From Octopus vulgaris (Eukaryota), in contig OX597830.1 in NCBI GenBank assembly GCA_951406725.2, positions 51,336,001 to 51,400,000 of the forward strand: a stretch of 64,000 bases of DNA, read 5' to 3'. Positions 1 to 14,023 of this stretch are shown piece after piece. The stretch's first letter is position 1, and the number at the start of each line of letters is the position of its first letter. The position numbers and the translations under genes were made by a program. The notes beneath the pieces were generated by a model, which worked only from the letters and a program-made list of their open reading frames with translations, did not search any database and was not told where the DNA came from.

Positions 1-104
1 CACCATCTAGAATATTAAATATAATAGAAATATTAAAATTAAAATAACAATAATATACCGATGATTAATTAAATGGCAAAAAAATAATAAAAACGTATAT
101 AATT

Positions 105-152
<48 letters not shown>

Positions 153-199
153 CGCGTGTGTGTGTGTGTCTGTGTGTTTATATGTATATATACATACAT

Positions 200-246
<47 letters not shown>

Positions 247-247
<1 letters not shown>

Positions 248-408
248 GACGGACTTTTTTCTGTTTTCTTCTACCAAATACCAAAGCCACTCACAAAGCT
301 TTGGTCATCCCGAAGCCATGCCATAGAAAGAGACACTTGCCCAAGGTGACTTGCAGTGCGACTGAATCCGCAACCTTGACATGCAAGCTTCTTGCCACAG
401 AGCCATGC
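247..408 (-). mobile_element. tRNA-derived SINE, family A, 5' part
   Basis: Reverse complement of GCATGGCT.TGTGG.AAGAAGCTTGC...CACCTTGGGCAAGTGTCT...GTGAGTGG; matches copies at 13168, 25860, 37785 and 43956. Confidence 0.8.
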
Positions 409-938
409 AGTTATCTTCTTGCTTGTGTCTGTGTACATGCAGCCACACTCGCACGCATGCATTCTCACACAGATTTAACAGTATATTTTTAAAATATTGC
501 AACTTTGGAACTGAAGAATATGAATGAATGTCGACTATGCTTTAGACTGTGTATATTTAGTAAATGTATTTTACACAGCGTAACTTAAATTTTCACGTCC
601 ATGGGTAACATTCAGAGATAGGTAACTAGTGGAAAATGTTGCTGTACATTCGATGAATGACCCAGTACCACCTTTCCATCTGACTGTATCGGGTTCTATC
701 CCTGCTATCCAATCACGTCTATATATAGTTACTAGTTTTGCAAGTAATAGGAGAACGAACGAAACATCTAGCAACAATTTTATTGATATCCAATCCCAGT
801 TCCCTCTCCACTAAAAATTTGATATAATGTAGACCTAGTGTGTGTGTTGCTGCTGCCGCTACTACTACTACTTGCAAATATGTGAGCAGATATCTCTCAT
901 GTCCCACAAAGAAACAAACAAGCAGTACATATATACAT

Positions 939-982
<44 letters not shown>

Positions 983-1079
983 GAAAATAAGTTAAAATGT
1001 ACAATAGCATTAGGGAAATTGTCATTTTTTAAGAGAAATTGAAAAGACAGAATACACATGCAATATTTTCATAAGGCAC

Positions 1080-2452
1080 ATTGAATCCTTTTATTATGCA
1101 TATAACCGGTTCCATGCATATGGGTTTGAATTTATCAAATGAAAATAGCTACAGCTATTGGAATACAGAGGGCTGTACAAAGAACTAGTGTTTCAGATTG
1201 CAAGATAGAGAATGAAAATACTTGGTTTCGAAACACACGGATGTTGAATTAGGAACTTAAGTTAGGACTTTAAATAAAGACGGCTTAAGTCATTCCAGAA
1301 ATTTGAATTCCGAAACTTCACTTAATGATTAGGAATGTATCACAGTTTAGAGTACCATATTTAGTAACCATGGCCCTGGGGCACTTGTTGGAATACTTTT
1401 GCCGAAGTTAGAATATTCTTCAAAATCTTCGGTTGTATTTTGTTTTTGCTAATTTCTCTAGAATGTTTCAATTTTTAACTTGCAAGCAGAATATGAGTGG
1501 GTGCTGAAAAGTTCCTGGTTTTAAGGGTATCGTGATAGGTCTGATTGGAGGCTCAACCATCAGACTTCTTTGATAGGGCTTAGAAAAACTGAAAGACCGC
1601 TGCAATAAGTGTGTGAATCCGAGAGAGGAATATGTTGAATAAAATAATAATTAACTGATCCACCTGTATTTTCTTTCACCCAAAGCTAGGAACGTTTCAG
1701 CCCCCCCCCCTTGTAGATATGTGGTTTTGTATCCAGTTAGATATTTCTTTATTTCAAGGGTTAAAAGAAGAGACATAGAGTAAAACATTTTGGGGAAATT
1801 TTGGAAACTACTTATATAGTCAAATTCTTTAAGTGTCAATTATTTGCGGTATTTATTCAGTGCATCTATGGGCTTTCCCATTGTCTTTCAATGTTTATAG
1901 TTGTCTATCTTTTTCATTATAGTTATTATTTTCTAACATTTCGAGTACAGCTCTTTGTAATATTATAGATCTGTGATAACACCAAAATTACATTTATTGG
2001 CTTCTTTAAACGAAATTTCGGTATGTTTTTGTAGAATAATTACATTTTGCCATTGTTTTGAGAGATTTGTCTTTATATTCCTATTTTCTTTCAATTGAAT
2101 GGGAAAATTCGTTATGAGTTCACAGAAAGTATGAAGGTCTTTATTCTTTCCTTTCACGAAACAAACAAAAAAAATCGCTTTCATTGTTTTGCTAGCGATT
2201 CATCGTCACTATTATTTTCTCTTTCAAAAAAAAAACGTGTTCGCCTAGACTAAGTTTTCAGCAGGACTCTGTGATGTGATTTGCCATTTCAGGGAGTTTG
2301 AACTTTCGAGGACTTGATGTAAAGCTGAGTCCCTTACTCAATATGTTCATCTGTATATTGTTTGGTGTTTTCTTGGATAAATCAATAATGTTTGGCTTCT
2401 CTTGTTCGGTAGAAATCCTAAATATTGTACTTAGACAGAAGCATGCAAGCAT
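1080..2452 (-). mobile_element. Degraded Penelope-like retroelement RT region, interrupted by a mariner MITE
   Basis: Minus-strand peptides NIIDLSKK..ILSKGLSFTSSP and TNLSK...ISFKEANKCNFGVITD resemble PLE motifs NLS..LSKGLNFxPTP and IKPADKGxxxVIMD. Weaker matches to QxxGxAMGT (~1370) and YxHxxSxP (~1140). Confidence 0.6.
1492..1715 (+). mobile_element. Mariner-derived MITE (~220 bp)
   Basis: TIRs gggtgctgaaaagttcctgg / ctaggaacgtttcagcccc, with TA at the ends. Interior encodes EKLKDRCNKCVNPREEYVE*, like a mariner transposase C-terminus. Second copy at 9373-9594. Confidence 0.8.
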
Positions 2453-2476
2453 AAATATAGCAACATATTCCGTTAA

Positions 2477-2638
<162 letters not shown>

Positions 2639-3197
2639 TAGTCCAAGTATATTTGGTTTTTGAAAGAAACCGTTTCAGCTCCCTTTTAGGAAAATAAGTA
2701 TTTATGAGAATTTGTTAACAACATATTAAATAAACATTTAAAGTCGATTGGGTGATTACTTTAAAAAAAGAACCGGTAATCTACTGGATGAAAGCGAATG
2801 CACGTAATGGAAAAATGTATAAATATTAAGGTGAATTGAATAAAACTTAGAAACTGGATAGTACAAATGATCTCTTGTAGAATCGGATATAAAAAATGCT
2901 GAGAATGTGATAGGCCTTATCAGAAATAAGATGTTGTAAACAATCAAATTTAGAATTTAAATTAAAATTGAAGAATGGCGTATGAGTATTTCAGAAACAT
3001 AAAGAAATAAGGAAATAGGTTTGCTGCAAGGGAAGGATGTAAATTGTGGCTATGGAAGAAATTAGCAGAGAGAGAAAAAATCTGGAGACAATGAGATTAA
3101 TGACGAGGGGAGAAAAGAAAGGGGGGGAGAGAAAAACCGAAAAGCTGAAAATATGTTTGCGTATGTGTGTATGTGAGATAACGATGTGTAGCGCTAA

Positions 3198-3426
3198 GGA
3201 GGCGAGCTGGCAGAACCGTTAGCACGCCGGGCGAAATGCTGAGCGGTATTCCGTCTGCCGTTACGTTCTGAGTTCAAATTCCCCCGAGGTCGACTTTGCC
3301 TTTCATCGTTTCGGGGTCGATTAAATAAGTACCAGTTACGCACTGGGGTCGATATAATCGACTTAATCTGTTTGTCTGTCCTTGTTTGTCCCCTCTATGT
3401 TTAGCCCCTTATGGGTAATAAAGAAA
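3198..3426 (+). mobile_element. tRNA-derived SINE, family B (Nin/Deu-like central domain), near full length
   Basis: GGCGAGCTGGCAGAA.CGTTAGC head, B-box-like GAGTTCAAATT, core GCCTTTCATC.TTTCGGGGTCGAT.AAATAAGTACCAG, tail AATAAAGAAA. More than 10 related copies in the window. Confidence 0.9.
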
Positions 3427-3762
3427 CAAATAACGATATGTAGTGCCTGTAATTTGACGTTAAAGAGAATGGCAGCAGTGGATTTGAAAGTGTCTAACAG
3501 ATAGGGACATCGGACAGAAAGAAAGAGCACAGCAGCAAAGAGCTGATCGAAATACAGACCTTATGTTCAATAACACTTGCGTTTTTACCTTCGAAAAACA
3601 AAACATTCAAAAGCATTTCTTCCTGCGTTTTACGTTCTAAGTTCAGTTTGCCTTTCTTTCTTCTGGAATCGATAACATAAGTACCAGACAAGTATTGGAC
3701 GCGACGTAATAAAATAAGCCCCTCCCCACCAAATTTCAGACCTTGTGTCTTTAGCAGAAAGG

Positions 3763-4278
<516 letters not shown>

Positions 4279-4650
4279 AGGCGCCGAGCTAGCAGAATCG
4301 TCAGCACGCTGGTCAAAATGTTTGGCGGCATTTCGTCTACCTTTACGTTCTGAGTTAAAATTCCACCCAGGTTGACTGCTTTTCATCTTCTCGCGTTCAG
4401 TAGAATAAGTACCAGTTGAACTCTGGGGGTAATCGACTGCGCCCCTCCTTGAGATTGCAGGTACAGTTAAGCACTGCAACGACGAGGTGGTAGAATCGTT
4501 AGTGCGTTGGACAAAATGCATAGCAGCATTTCTTCTGGAATTTACGAACTGTGCTCAAATGCCAGCTAAGTGCTGGGGTCGATATGATCAACTCACACCC
4601 TCACCCCATCCCCTAAAATTGCTTGCTTCGAGTCAAAGTTTGAAATATTT
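4279..4650 (+). mobile_element. Two degraded tandem family-B SINE copies
   Basis: GGCGCCGAGCTAGCAGAATCG...AATAAGTACCAG at 4279; second head GAGGTGGTAGAATCGTTAG at ~4484. Confidence 0.75.
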
Positions 4651-4755
4651 TTATTCTGTACCGATTGACGTAGATCACATGTTTCCAGAGTTCTCTTTAG
4701 AAAGTGATTTCTTGCATGACTTCCACACACACATACACACACGCACGCACGCGCA

Positions 4756-4796
<41 letters not shown>

Positions 4797-5669
4797 CCAC
4801 TTACACACACACACACACACACACATACACCCACTTACACACACGTACACACACACACTGTTTGTGGAGGAAACTGCTTTAGTGACACGAGAATTTAGTT
4901 ATTTTAACGTCCACCCCATTACTCTGGATTAGGTAGGAAAAAAATGTTAGTCGAATCATTGATCTTAACCGATCATACCTTATATCATGGTAGCCATTTA
5001 TTGGAATTCTTAGTGCCGAATTGTCTCAGAAGCAACATGAAAAAATGGCGACCACATTGGTGGAATCAGTAGGTTCAATACCGTTAATTAACTCAACGTT
5101 CTTTAATTATTTTCAAACACGAAAAAAGACCTAAAAAAACATTGGGAAAATTAAAGGAAGCAGAGCTCCAGGTATAATAATTCACCGTTGCACAATGGAA
5201 AAGAAAAAAAAAAGGGAACTGCGTTGAAGACATTAATTTTAATGAAAATGAATTATAACGTGAATAATCCATAGAAACAGCAACAGCAACACAAACAACA
5301 ACAACAATGATGATTGATACTTGTGATCTCAAATGTTATGGAAGGTATGGAGTCTCTTGTAAATAGTTAAAGATAGACGTAGTTTGCCGGAAAATATAGT
5401 ATCTCTTTACTCGAAGAATTTACTATGAAAAAAAGAAATGGGCGAGATGATATATATATATATATAAGTAGATATAGATATAAATGTATTATAACACACA
5501 TACATACACACGCACACACACACATGCACATACACGTACACTCACAGTTAAATGCTCACGCATGCGTATTCGCAATTACATATATAAATACCGAAATACT
5601 TATATACATATACATAAATACAAGTATATGTCCATACACACATATACATACATGTATGTGTATATATGT

Positions 5670-5772
<103 letters not shown>

Positions 5773-5823
5773 TCTATCTATCTATCTATCTATATATACA
5801 CACACATATGTGTATGTACATAA

Positions 5824-6686
5824 ACGAAAGGGTACCCAAAAGAAACGGGAATTTTGCAATGTTATTTTATTCACTTAGTTTTACATGTTTACACTTCAGT
5901 GTATTCTTCAACCAAAGCAATGCATCGGTCTAGGCGCGTGCTCCACTCTTCGAATTAGTCCTTGAACTTTAGCGAAGCCATGCCTTTTAACGCCTCCATC
6001 GTTTTTTCTTCACCTCTTCCACATCTGCAAATTCCGTAGCACCAACTTCCGTCATCAGTGATGACCTCCAAAACAAGATCTGGATCAGCTTCCACCGGTT
6101 CTTTCAGTTCACGACACGTCAGCAAGCGAGGCATAAATTTTGCTGCAACTCTTTTTTCATTCGCAATTCGTCGCTCAAAATCCGTTGGTTGGGGCTCCAG
6201 GACACACCACTCATATCATCACGTTCGTCAGTTGTTCGGTGACGATCCTTCTAGACCAGTTCATGAATTTTCATGCTGTTTTCATTCGTTCGGGAGGTCG
6301 ACAGTCGTCTTGAACGAGGTTGGTCTTCAAGAGACAAGTGACTATTCCTAAAACATGGAAACCACTCATAAACTTGCGTTTTGCTCATGGATGGCACTGT
6401 CTTTGTAAGCTGTTCGAAGCATGGCAATTATATCGGTCACTGTTTTCCCAAGCAGAAAACAGAATTTGACGGATGTTCCTTCGTTTCAGCCATCGCAAAA
6501 TTCAACGAACAGGAGAGAAGCACTGCAAAACAAAAGATGCACCATGCGACAGTGTGGTTTAAACGCACGACACCGCTCAGCAGACTGATGCCTGAGGATC
6601 GCATCAAATTGCTTCTAGCGGCGGGAGTTGAACTACCACGGGATTGTCCCACAGAGAATGTTTCCAGTTACTTTTGAGGAATTGCC
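5824..6686 (-). mobile_element. Internally deleted mariner transposon (transposase pseudogene)
   Basis: Minus strand gives N-terminal HTH region MAETKE..FCLGKTV..MLRTAYKDSA/MSKTQVYEWFPCFRNSHLSLEDQPRSRRLSTSRTNEN and C-terminus [30 protein letters not shown]. Imperfect TIRs gggtacccaaaagaaacgggaa / ttccagttacttttgagg. Confidence 0.9.
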
Positions 6687-6711
6687 TAAACGAGGGTTAA
6701 TCCGCTAGCTA

Positions 6712-6840
6712 TCTCGTCGGGCCAATGATATTTTAATCAAATGAAGTTTACATTTCGCTCGAATCTCTTGCAAGTTAACATGGGATCCATAGACGACAAC
6801 GTAAACTTCATTTGATTGACGTATCTTTGGCCCGACGAGT
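6712..6840. repeat. Imperfect inverted repeat (~45-bp arms)
   Basis: ctcgtcgggccaa..aatcaaatgaagtttac pairs with gtaaacttcatttgatt..ttggcccgacgag. Confidence 0.8.
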
Positions 6841-7381
6841 TATATGCCTCGCATACATACATACACACATACTGGATTCAGGGCTTCCCTACCGAGGTCA
6901 ACACTCAACCTGCAAGTTTTGCATTAAGGAGGCGCTTCACATATTAAAGCACAACTCTCCAACACAGTTAAAAAAGACATAATGAGGCACTAAGCACATG
7001 TAGCCACGGCTAAGTCTCTTTCGTTGAATTACATTTTCATTGTTTGTCATAACAGATCTATTGTATCAAAGACATAACAACACCAGTAATTTTTGATAGA
7101 TGTAACGGATTACCCTAATCTATTTTACCTCAAGAACTCACTCTTCATTTCTGCTTCAATAATCTTTTTTGTATCCCGGATGTGAGCGCCTTAACAATGC
7201 TGTCGATGTCATTATCAGTTGTATAATAGAAACTTTTTTTTACTAAACCCGGATCACGTATATTTTTTTTTATTACCACTCTATTCAATTGTCACAATGT
7301 AAAACAAGATTGACAAATAGTGACGGTATGTGCTTGTTTGTTTGTATGTGTGTGTGCGCGTGTGTGTGTGTATGTGTGTGT

Positions 7382-7426
<45 letters not shown>

Positions 7427-8024
7427 GCGTTTAGCCTCATTGCAAAAGTTAAAGTTGCTAAGAGCTTCTTTAATTCAGAAACGTTTACCCACAGGAAATC
7501 AAATATACTTGATTATTCAATGGACATAAGATAAACGTTAACCGAGGTGTCGTAATAGTGAAAAGGTGCGTATATGCGTGATTACACGCGTTTGCATATT
7601 TATTTGCATTTATGTTTTTTTTTCTATATTACTTCATTGTAAAATCTAAACTTGCCTAGAACACTACGTTATTCAACGGACAGAACATAAAAGTTGCCAT
7701 CAGTGTCGTGATGATGAATATAGGAAGTGTTATGGTTCGAAAACTTTCAATTTATTTCAGAAATTTATAAGCGTAACTCCAGAAAATCTGTAAACTAAAG
7801 GTAACTGGGGACATAAATGAAACTGCTACATAAAGTGTTATGCCCTTGAACTCGCTCAGTAATTTATCCAAAACTAAGCTCTTAATTTATACATTAATTA
7901 TTGTGTAAATGTGTATTTTCTATGTGTAGTAAATAATGTATTTTGTAGTAAAACATTTTCAGAAAATTGCTTTGAAATATATTCACTTAATAGAATACAT
8001 ATTCCTCTTCAACTGTAAAGATTG

Positions 8025-8225
8025 TGCTTGTGATAACTGGAGCATTGAGGACTGAATGATAGAATGGACAAATAGATCAAGGAAACTGCAATAGGTTGTC
8101 CTGTAGAACTTCTACAGAAGGTTTGCTTCTTCGGAACAGGGAAGATCATCAGATGAGTTTCGAGTACGTGATGACTTATTGAAGTCATGTGGGCATTTAA
8201 GGTTGCAGGTAGTAACCTTCTAGCT
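8025..8225 (+). mobile_element. R4/Dong-like (restriction-like endonuclease) LINE C-terminal fragment
   Basis: Encodes VITGALRT...PVELLQKVCFFGTGKIIR, resembling the clade terminus VxGALG...LQKxxLLGTARILRKVL. Confidence 0.6.
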
Positions 8226-8254
8226 TCCTAAATTCTACCAGGAATGTACTTTAG

Positions 8255-8440
8255 GTGGTGAGCTGGCAGAATCGTTAGCAAGCCGGGCAAAATGCTTAGC
8301 GGCATTTCGTCCGTCTTCACATCCTGAGTTCAAATTCCGTCCGCCGTGGCTGACTTTCACTTTCATCCTTTAAAATAAGTACCAGTTGAATATTGGTGTC
8401 GGAATTTCTGGCTTTGTACTAAAAATTGAAATCAATAATA
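8255..8440 (+). mobile_element. Family-B SINE, degraded
   Basis: GGTGGTGAGCTGGCAGAATCGTTAGC...GAGTTCAAATTCC...AAATAAGTACCAG. Confidence 0.8.
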
Positions 8441-9298
8441 TATGTACTTAGGTACGTACAAATGTTAAACTGAGATTATTATAAAGTTAGCTGAAGAATA
8501 TCAACGGTACTTATACTGAATTCGGGTGACTCAATAATGAAAGTAGAGCCAAATTTTAAAAAATTCCTTGCTGAGCATGGCTTCAAATTTTGCGTTAGGC
8601 AAAACTTACCAGCATTCAGACATAGTGAAAGTACCGTAGCAAATGAAATGCCAAAACAGAACGGTGGACATGCCTACTTACATACATACACACACTCACA
8701 CACAAATACACACGAACACACATATATATATATATATGTAAACGCACATACACTTATGTATATGACTGTGTGTTTGTTAGTATATGTTCATGCATCACCA
8801 TATTTAGTTGTATGTACGTGTTTACGCATATGTATATCTACTATATGTCACACACACACACACACATACACACTAAAACTGTATGATCACACATACAGTA
8901 TAAGCCATCAGCTGACCTATGGGTGACCTATATCTGATATAATCAGAGTCCCACTTATTAAAAAAAATAACAACAGAAAGAAGCTTACAAATATTATAAC
9001 GGTATCTAGACACCCACCACTCACTCTATGTTAAATTAAATATTCAGCTAAAGACATAGATAAGAGGGAATATGTACAATTATAAATTTATTTATATCTT
9101 CAATAATCAACCACACCCACAGATAAAACCACTTTATCACAAATTGCTGACACTTCTTTCTAATCACTAATCATGAGTTTTCAAATATTTGTACATTCAC
9201 AGGTTCACCACAGGGGCCTTCATATGAATTTTTCATAGAATTTTTATGAGAACTTTTCACACACACACACACACACGCACACACACACACACACAGAC

Positions 9299-9357
<59 letters not shown>

Positions 9358-9372
9358 TATATGTTATAATCA

Positions 9373-9591
9373 TGTGCGATGAGGCGCTGAAAACTTCTTG
9401 GCTTTGCGCAAAAGAAAATGCAAGAGGGTCAGTTAATTACAATTTTATTGAACATAATCCCCTCTCAGGCTCACACACTATTGCAAAGGTCCTTCAGTTA
9501 TTCTAAGCCCTGTAAAATAAATTGGAAGGTTTGGCCTCTTGCCAGGCTATTTGCGTAAACCTTAAAGTCAGGAACTTTTCAGCATCCCCAC

Positions 9592-9594
<3 letters not shown>
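9373..9594 (-). mobile_element. Mariner-derived MITE, second copy
   Basis: TIRs gcgctgaaaacttcttggc / gtcaggaacttttcagcatccccacgta; reverse-complement homolog of 1492-1715. Confidence 0.8.
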
Positions 9595-9636
<42 letters not shown>

Positions 9637-9639
<3 letters not shown>

Positions 9640-9887
9640 GAGGGAAACCATTATGTGGACACCCTTATGCTAGAAATAGATCTGCTATCGTCTAACCACA
9701 AAGAAATGTTCTCTATCGTAAGACCATAGCGGATCTATTTCTAGCATTAGGGTGTCCACATAATGGTTTCCCTCTAATATGTATATAATACAATTTTACT
9801 GAACCTTCAGTTTTTTTTTTATGCTAGACCACTCGTGTGAAATCGATGTTAATTAAATTAATATCTAATTTCTCACCCTTATTTTAA

Positions 9888-9890
<3 letters not shown>
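9637..9890. mobile_element. (TA)n-flanked PLE-type terminal fragment with ~52-bp-arm inverted repeat
   Basis: tagagggaaaccattatgtggacacccttatgctagaaatagatc (from ~9638) is inverted at ~9726-9777. The right end (gtgaaatcgatgttaattaaattaat..caccct) resembles the end of the 545-bp unit at ~25115-25160. Confidence 0.65.
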
Positions 9891-9939
<49 letters not shown>

Positions 9940-10520
9940 ATGCATGTGTATATGTATGTATACGTGTTTCAATGTATGCATGCACACAAACCCCACTCGT
10001 GTTCGAGAAAGACCTTCATTGATTAAATATAAGTCACCAATGTCCGTGCAGAAAGTTACTCCCAATAAGGTTTGTGAAACAACTCGTTGATCTTCTCCAC
10101 TATCTTGCTAAGATTCAAGACAATCCGAGTCGAGACATTTGGGGGTTGATAGAGATTTGAAATCGGAGGTTTTGGAGTAGCGTGATCTTAAGTGGGTGTT
10201 GAAGTTATACAAAACACTTGAGGTCATTCTTTGCGCAACAGATTTTATATAGGAATAACTGTCTCCTAAATATATACTTTAACGAATGCTGTAGTATTTC
10301 TCACTCTCAATAATTTTACATCGTACCAACCATGGAACTCAAACTTCGAAGTATCTACGCCATCACTAGATAACTTTTACACTATGTGATATTCATCCGT
10401 CCTTGTAAATGGTCTTGTTTGGTATTGTTTTAATTCTTATATCCTTTGTTACCCGTTAACCATGAAGTTGTTAGGCTAGTTGTACTAGGTTACATGTGAT
10501 TTGTAGTGGTAATGCGCAGA

Positions 10521-10571
<51 letters not shown>

Positions 10572-10693
10572 TCAAACATATAAGGGATGACTATAATAGA
10601 ACATCCGACTCACTAGAAAGAGCAGCTAAACTCCAAACCACTAATAGTAGTAATTCTGAAATGGAAAGAGAAATAAAAAAGTTTACCCTTTCC

Positions 10694-10786
10694 TTTCTGG
10701 ACTATGCATAGTTTCGGCAAACTTATGTAAATAAATTAAATTAATTTAAATTTATTTACCACTGGCGTTGCACTCATCAGCAGAAA
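10694..10786 (-). ncRNA. Type I hammerhead ribozyme within a PLE-type repeat (element ~10580-10950)
   Basis: Minus strand: tttctg CTGATGA [stem II gtgcaac..AT-rich hairpin..gtttgcc] GAAAC TATGCATA GTC cagaaa. Canonical core, 6-bp stem I, palindromic stem III, GUC cleavage triplet. Confidence 0.8.
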
Positions 10787-10945
10787 AGCCAAGGACTACC
10801 ATATATTCACGAGGCGATAACGAGCATGCCTCGAGTCTATATGCTATAAATTTTCAAAATCCACCGCATTCGCGCGGTTTACTCAGCAGTAAATATAAGC
10901 TGCCGATTTAATTTCAAAATTAGCCAAAAAATCATTAATTATTTA

Positions 10946-10990
<45 letters not shown>

Positions 10991-12347
10991 GTATATATAT
11001 AATATTAGGGAGTATAACTCCAAACTTACAAGGAAAAATTCACAGGACATCACTCGTTAGTGATGTTCTGTTCTTATTGTATATTTTTGGTATTTTGTCT
11101 TGTACTTATCTCTCGTTTATTTATGTATTTTTCACTCGTTGGTGATGTCCTGTACTTGATGTATTATATATGTGTGTGTCTGGAGTGCTTGGTAATTTCC
11201 ACGTTAGTTTCACGAGCAGGCTGTTCCGTTGATCAGTTCAACTGAAACACTCATCGTCGTAACCGACGTAGAGCCCAGTTTTTTTGTGTGTATGTAATGT
11301 ATGTGTGTATGTGCGTGTGTATTTGTGTGTGTGTGTGTGTGTGTGTGTGTGAGATAAATATATACTAAGGGTACTTAACCTGGTAGTTAGCTTCACAATC
11401 GTAATACTGTTCGTTCAATTCTTGAACCGGGCAGCGCTTTGCATCTTTCTTTTATTCGAATATAATATATCCAGAAGTACATTATTTAATACATCCTTTC
11501 TTGTTGTTGTTGTTGTTGTTGTTGTATATTCCGAGATCAGTCTTAATCCAGCAGTTCTATGATCAATGATATTCAAGTCGAGATAATTCGGCCTGGTTTT
11601 GATTTTTGACAGTGATTGTGTCAAGGATCATACTCAACAATGTGGCATGGGATTTTTAAGGCAAAAGATTTTGACGGAGATTTAGCTGTCATTTCTAACA
11701 AGTGAAGTGATCATATACATTCTATTTCTCTCTCTTTCTCTCTCTCTCCCCTCTCTCCCTCTCGACGTCTCTCTCTTTCTCGCCGTTTCTCTCGTATATA
11801 TTTATTGTTGCTATTGTTGCTTAACTCAATGTCAACTCTGATCGATCGGGCATTTATTCAGAAACGGCATTTATTGTTGCCGTCTTGAACAATCTGTCAA
11901 TTTATAAAGCTGAGACTTCATTCTAATGTAACTTTCCTTCTTTAATGGTGATTTGAGGAAGATTAGAATTTAACTGTTATTTCTAGAACGTCGAGCGACT
12001 ACGTAAAAACGTCTACTTAGACTCATTATAATTACTCATTAGGAGTAATGGAGATCATCATGCCGATTCTTAAACCTTCCTGTTTAATGTCCTTCTTTTC
12101 AAATTCATTGTAAATCGAGGAACCTTTCTGTTACAAGAATCGTCATATTAGTTCCTCTCTTGCAAATTATTTTCCAAAGTCTAACAGTTTTTCTATCAAT
12201 AAATAAATATTATTATTTTACTATAATTTTGAGAAGGATTGTGATGGGTATTCTTTACTCTGCTGCAAAAACACCAACCTAAATCTATCTAAATATATCA
12301 ATAACAAATCAAATATAACATTGAGTGAACGACACATCACACACATA

Positions 12348-12998
12348 CATCATCATCATCATCATCATCATCGTTTAACGTCTGCTTTCCATGCTAGCAT
12401 GGGTTGGACGCTTTGACGGAGGGCTGGCGAACCAGATGGCTGCACCAGGCTCAAATCTTGATCCGGCAGAGTTTCTACAGCTGGATGTCCTTCCTAACGC
12501 CAACCACTCCGAGAGTGTAGTGGGTGCTTTTACGTGCCACCGGCACGGGGGCCGGTCAGGCGGTACTGGCAACGACCTCGCTCGAATCTTTTTACACATG
12601 CCACCGGCACAGGTGCCAGTAAGGCGATGCTGGTAACGATCACACTCGAATGGTGTCTTTTACGTGCCACTGGCACGGAAGCCAGTTGGCTGCTCTGGCA
12701 ACGATCACGCTAGAATAGTGTTCTTGGTACCCTACTAGCAGGGGGCTCGAGTGCCATTAAGGCGACGCTGGTAACGATCACACTCAAATGATGCCCTTTT
12801 ATGTGCCACTGGCACGGAAGCCAGTTAGCCGCTCTGTCAACGATCACACTCGTATGGTGCGCTTTGCACCCTCTAGCACGGGTGCCAGTCATCGAATTTC
12901 ACTTTGATTTTGATTTCACTTGCCTCATCAGGTCTTCACAAGCAGAGTTTAGTGTCCAAAGAAGGAAAAGGTACGCATAAGTGGGCTGGTTACGCCCA
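12348..12998 (-). mobile_element. RTE-related non-autonomous retroelement with (ATG)n tail and internal ~60-bp tandem subrepeats
   Basis: (CAT)n at 12348-12372. Minus-strand GTTGGCGTTAGGAAGGACATCCAGC resembles an RTE-associated motif. Repeated tttacgtgccac.ggcacg...ggcaacgatcac.ctcgaat units at 12525-12890. Confidence 0.7.
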
Positions 12999-13167
12999 TT
13001 AATAAAATCCATTAGTAAAATTTCTTGGAAAAAAATAGCAATATTATGCTATATTTAACAGCAGCCAGGAAGAAATTACCATTCGCAAAACCTGGTCACC
13101 ATAATTAAGTTCCACCAAATTATTCAAGAATAATTAATTAATATTATAGAAAATAATTGCGCAACAT

Positions 13168-13655
13168 AGACGTGGATGTGTATTAGAGCAACTTGCTTCC
13201 TAAACATGCGGTCTCACGTTCAGTTCCACTTGTCGGCTCCTTCGACAAGTGGCTTCCATTGTAGCCCGAGCCGACCTAAGACTTATGAGTAGGTTTGGTA
13301 GAGGGAAACTGAAAGAAGCCAGTCATATAATCGTGTGTGGGTGTGGGTGTGGGTGATGGTGGCTGTGTATGTGTGCGTATGCGTGTGTCTGTGTCTGTGT
13401 GCGTGTCTGTGTGTGTGCGTGTGTCTGTGTCTGTGTGCGTGTGTGTGTCTTTGTGTTTGTTTTCCACTTGCGTTTGCCGGACAGAGTTGGCTTGTTTACG
13501 TATCTGTAACTTAGCGGTTCGGCCACAGTGAAAGATAAAATAAGCATCAGGCTTTAAAAATGCTTAGGAAATATTAAGGCTGATTTTTTTTTACAAATAA
13601 ATCAATCAAACGGTGCCCCAGTATGGTAGCCTGAATGACTGAATCAAGCAAAATA
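13168..13655 (+). mobile_element. Family-A SINE with internal (GT)-rich tract, degraded
   Basis: Head gacgtggatgtgt..cttgcttcc, core ttggtagagggaaactgaaagaagcc, 3' part ttagcggttcggc..gaatgactgaatc. Confidence 0.75.
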
Positions 13656-13887
13656 TAAAAAGTAACGTAAAGCCACTCCCTCCATAAATTTAGTGCGATT
13701 TTTCCTAAAATTTGACTTTCTGACTTTCTCACTAGCACCTAACAGTCGATAGCACGTACGACAGTGTGCACGCATGCGTGTCAGTGAGTGCAACAAACAC
13801 ATTCCCGCCAAGTCGAAGCGTTTATGTCATGAGCTCAATGTCGGCTAACAAAAAGCTGATTTGACCTATTCGAAATATATGCCGCCT

Positions 13888-13903
13888 AATGATGATGATG
13901 ATG

Positions 13904-14001
<98 letters not shown>

Positions 14002-14023
14002 AAGAAGAAGAAGAAGAAGAAGA
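13888..14023. repeat. Compound trinucleotide microsatellite (GAT)n(AAT)n(AAG)n
   Basis: Direct reading. Confidence 0.95.
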
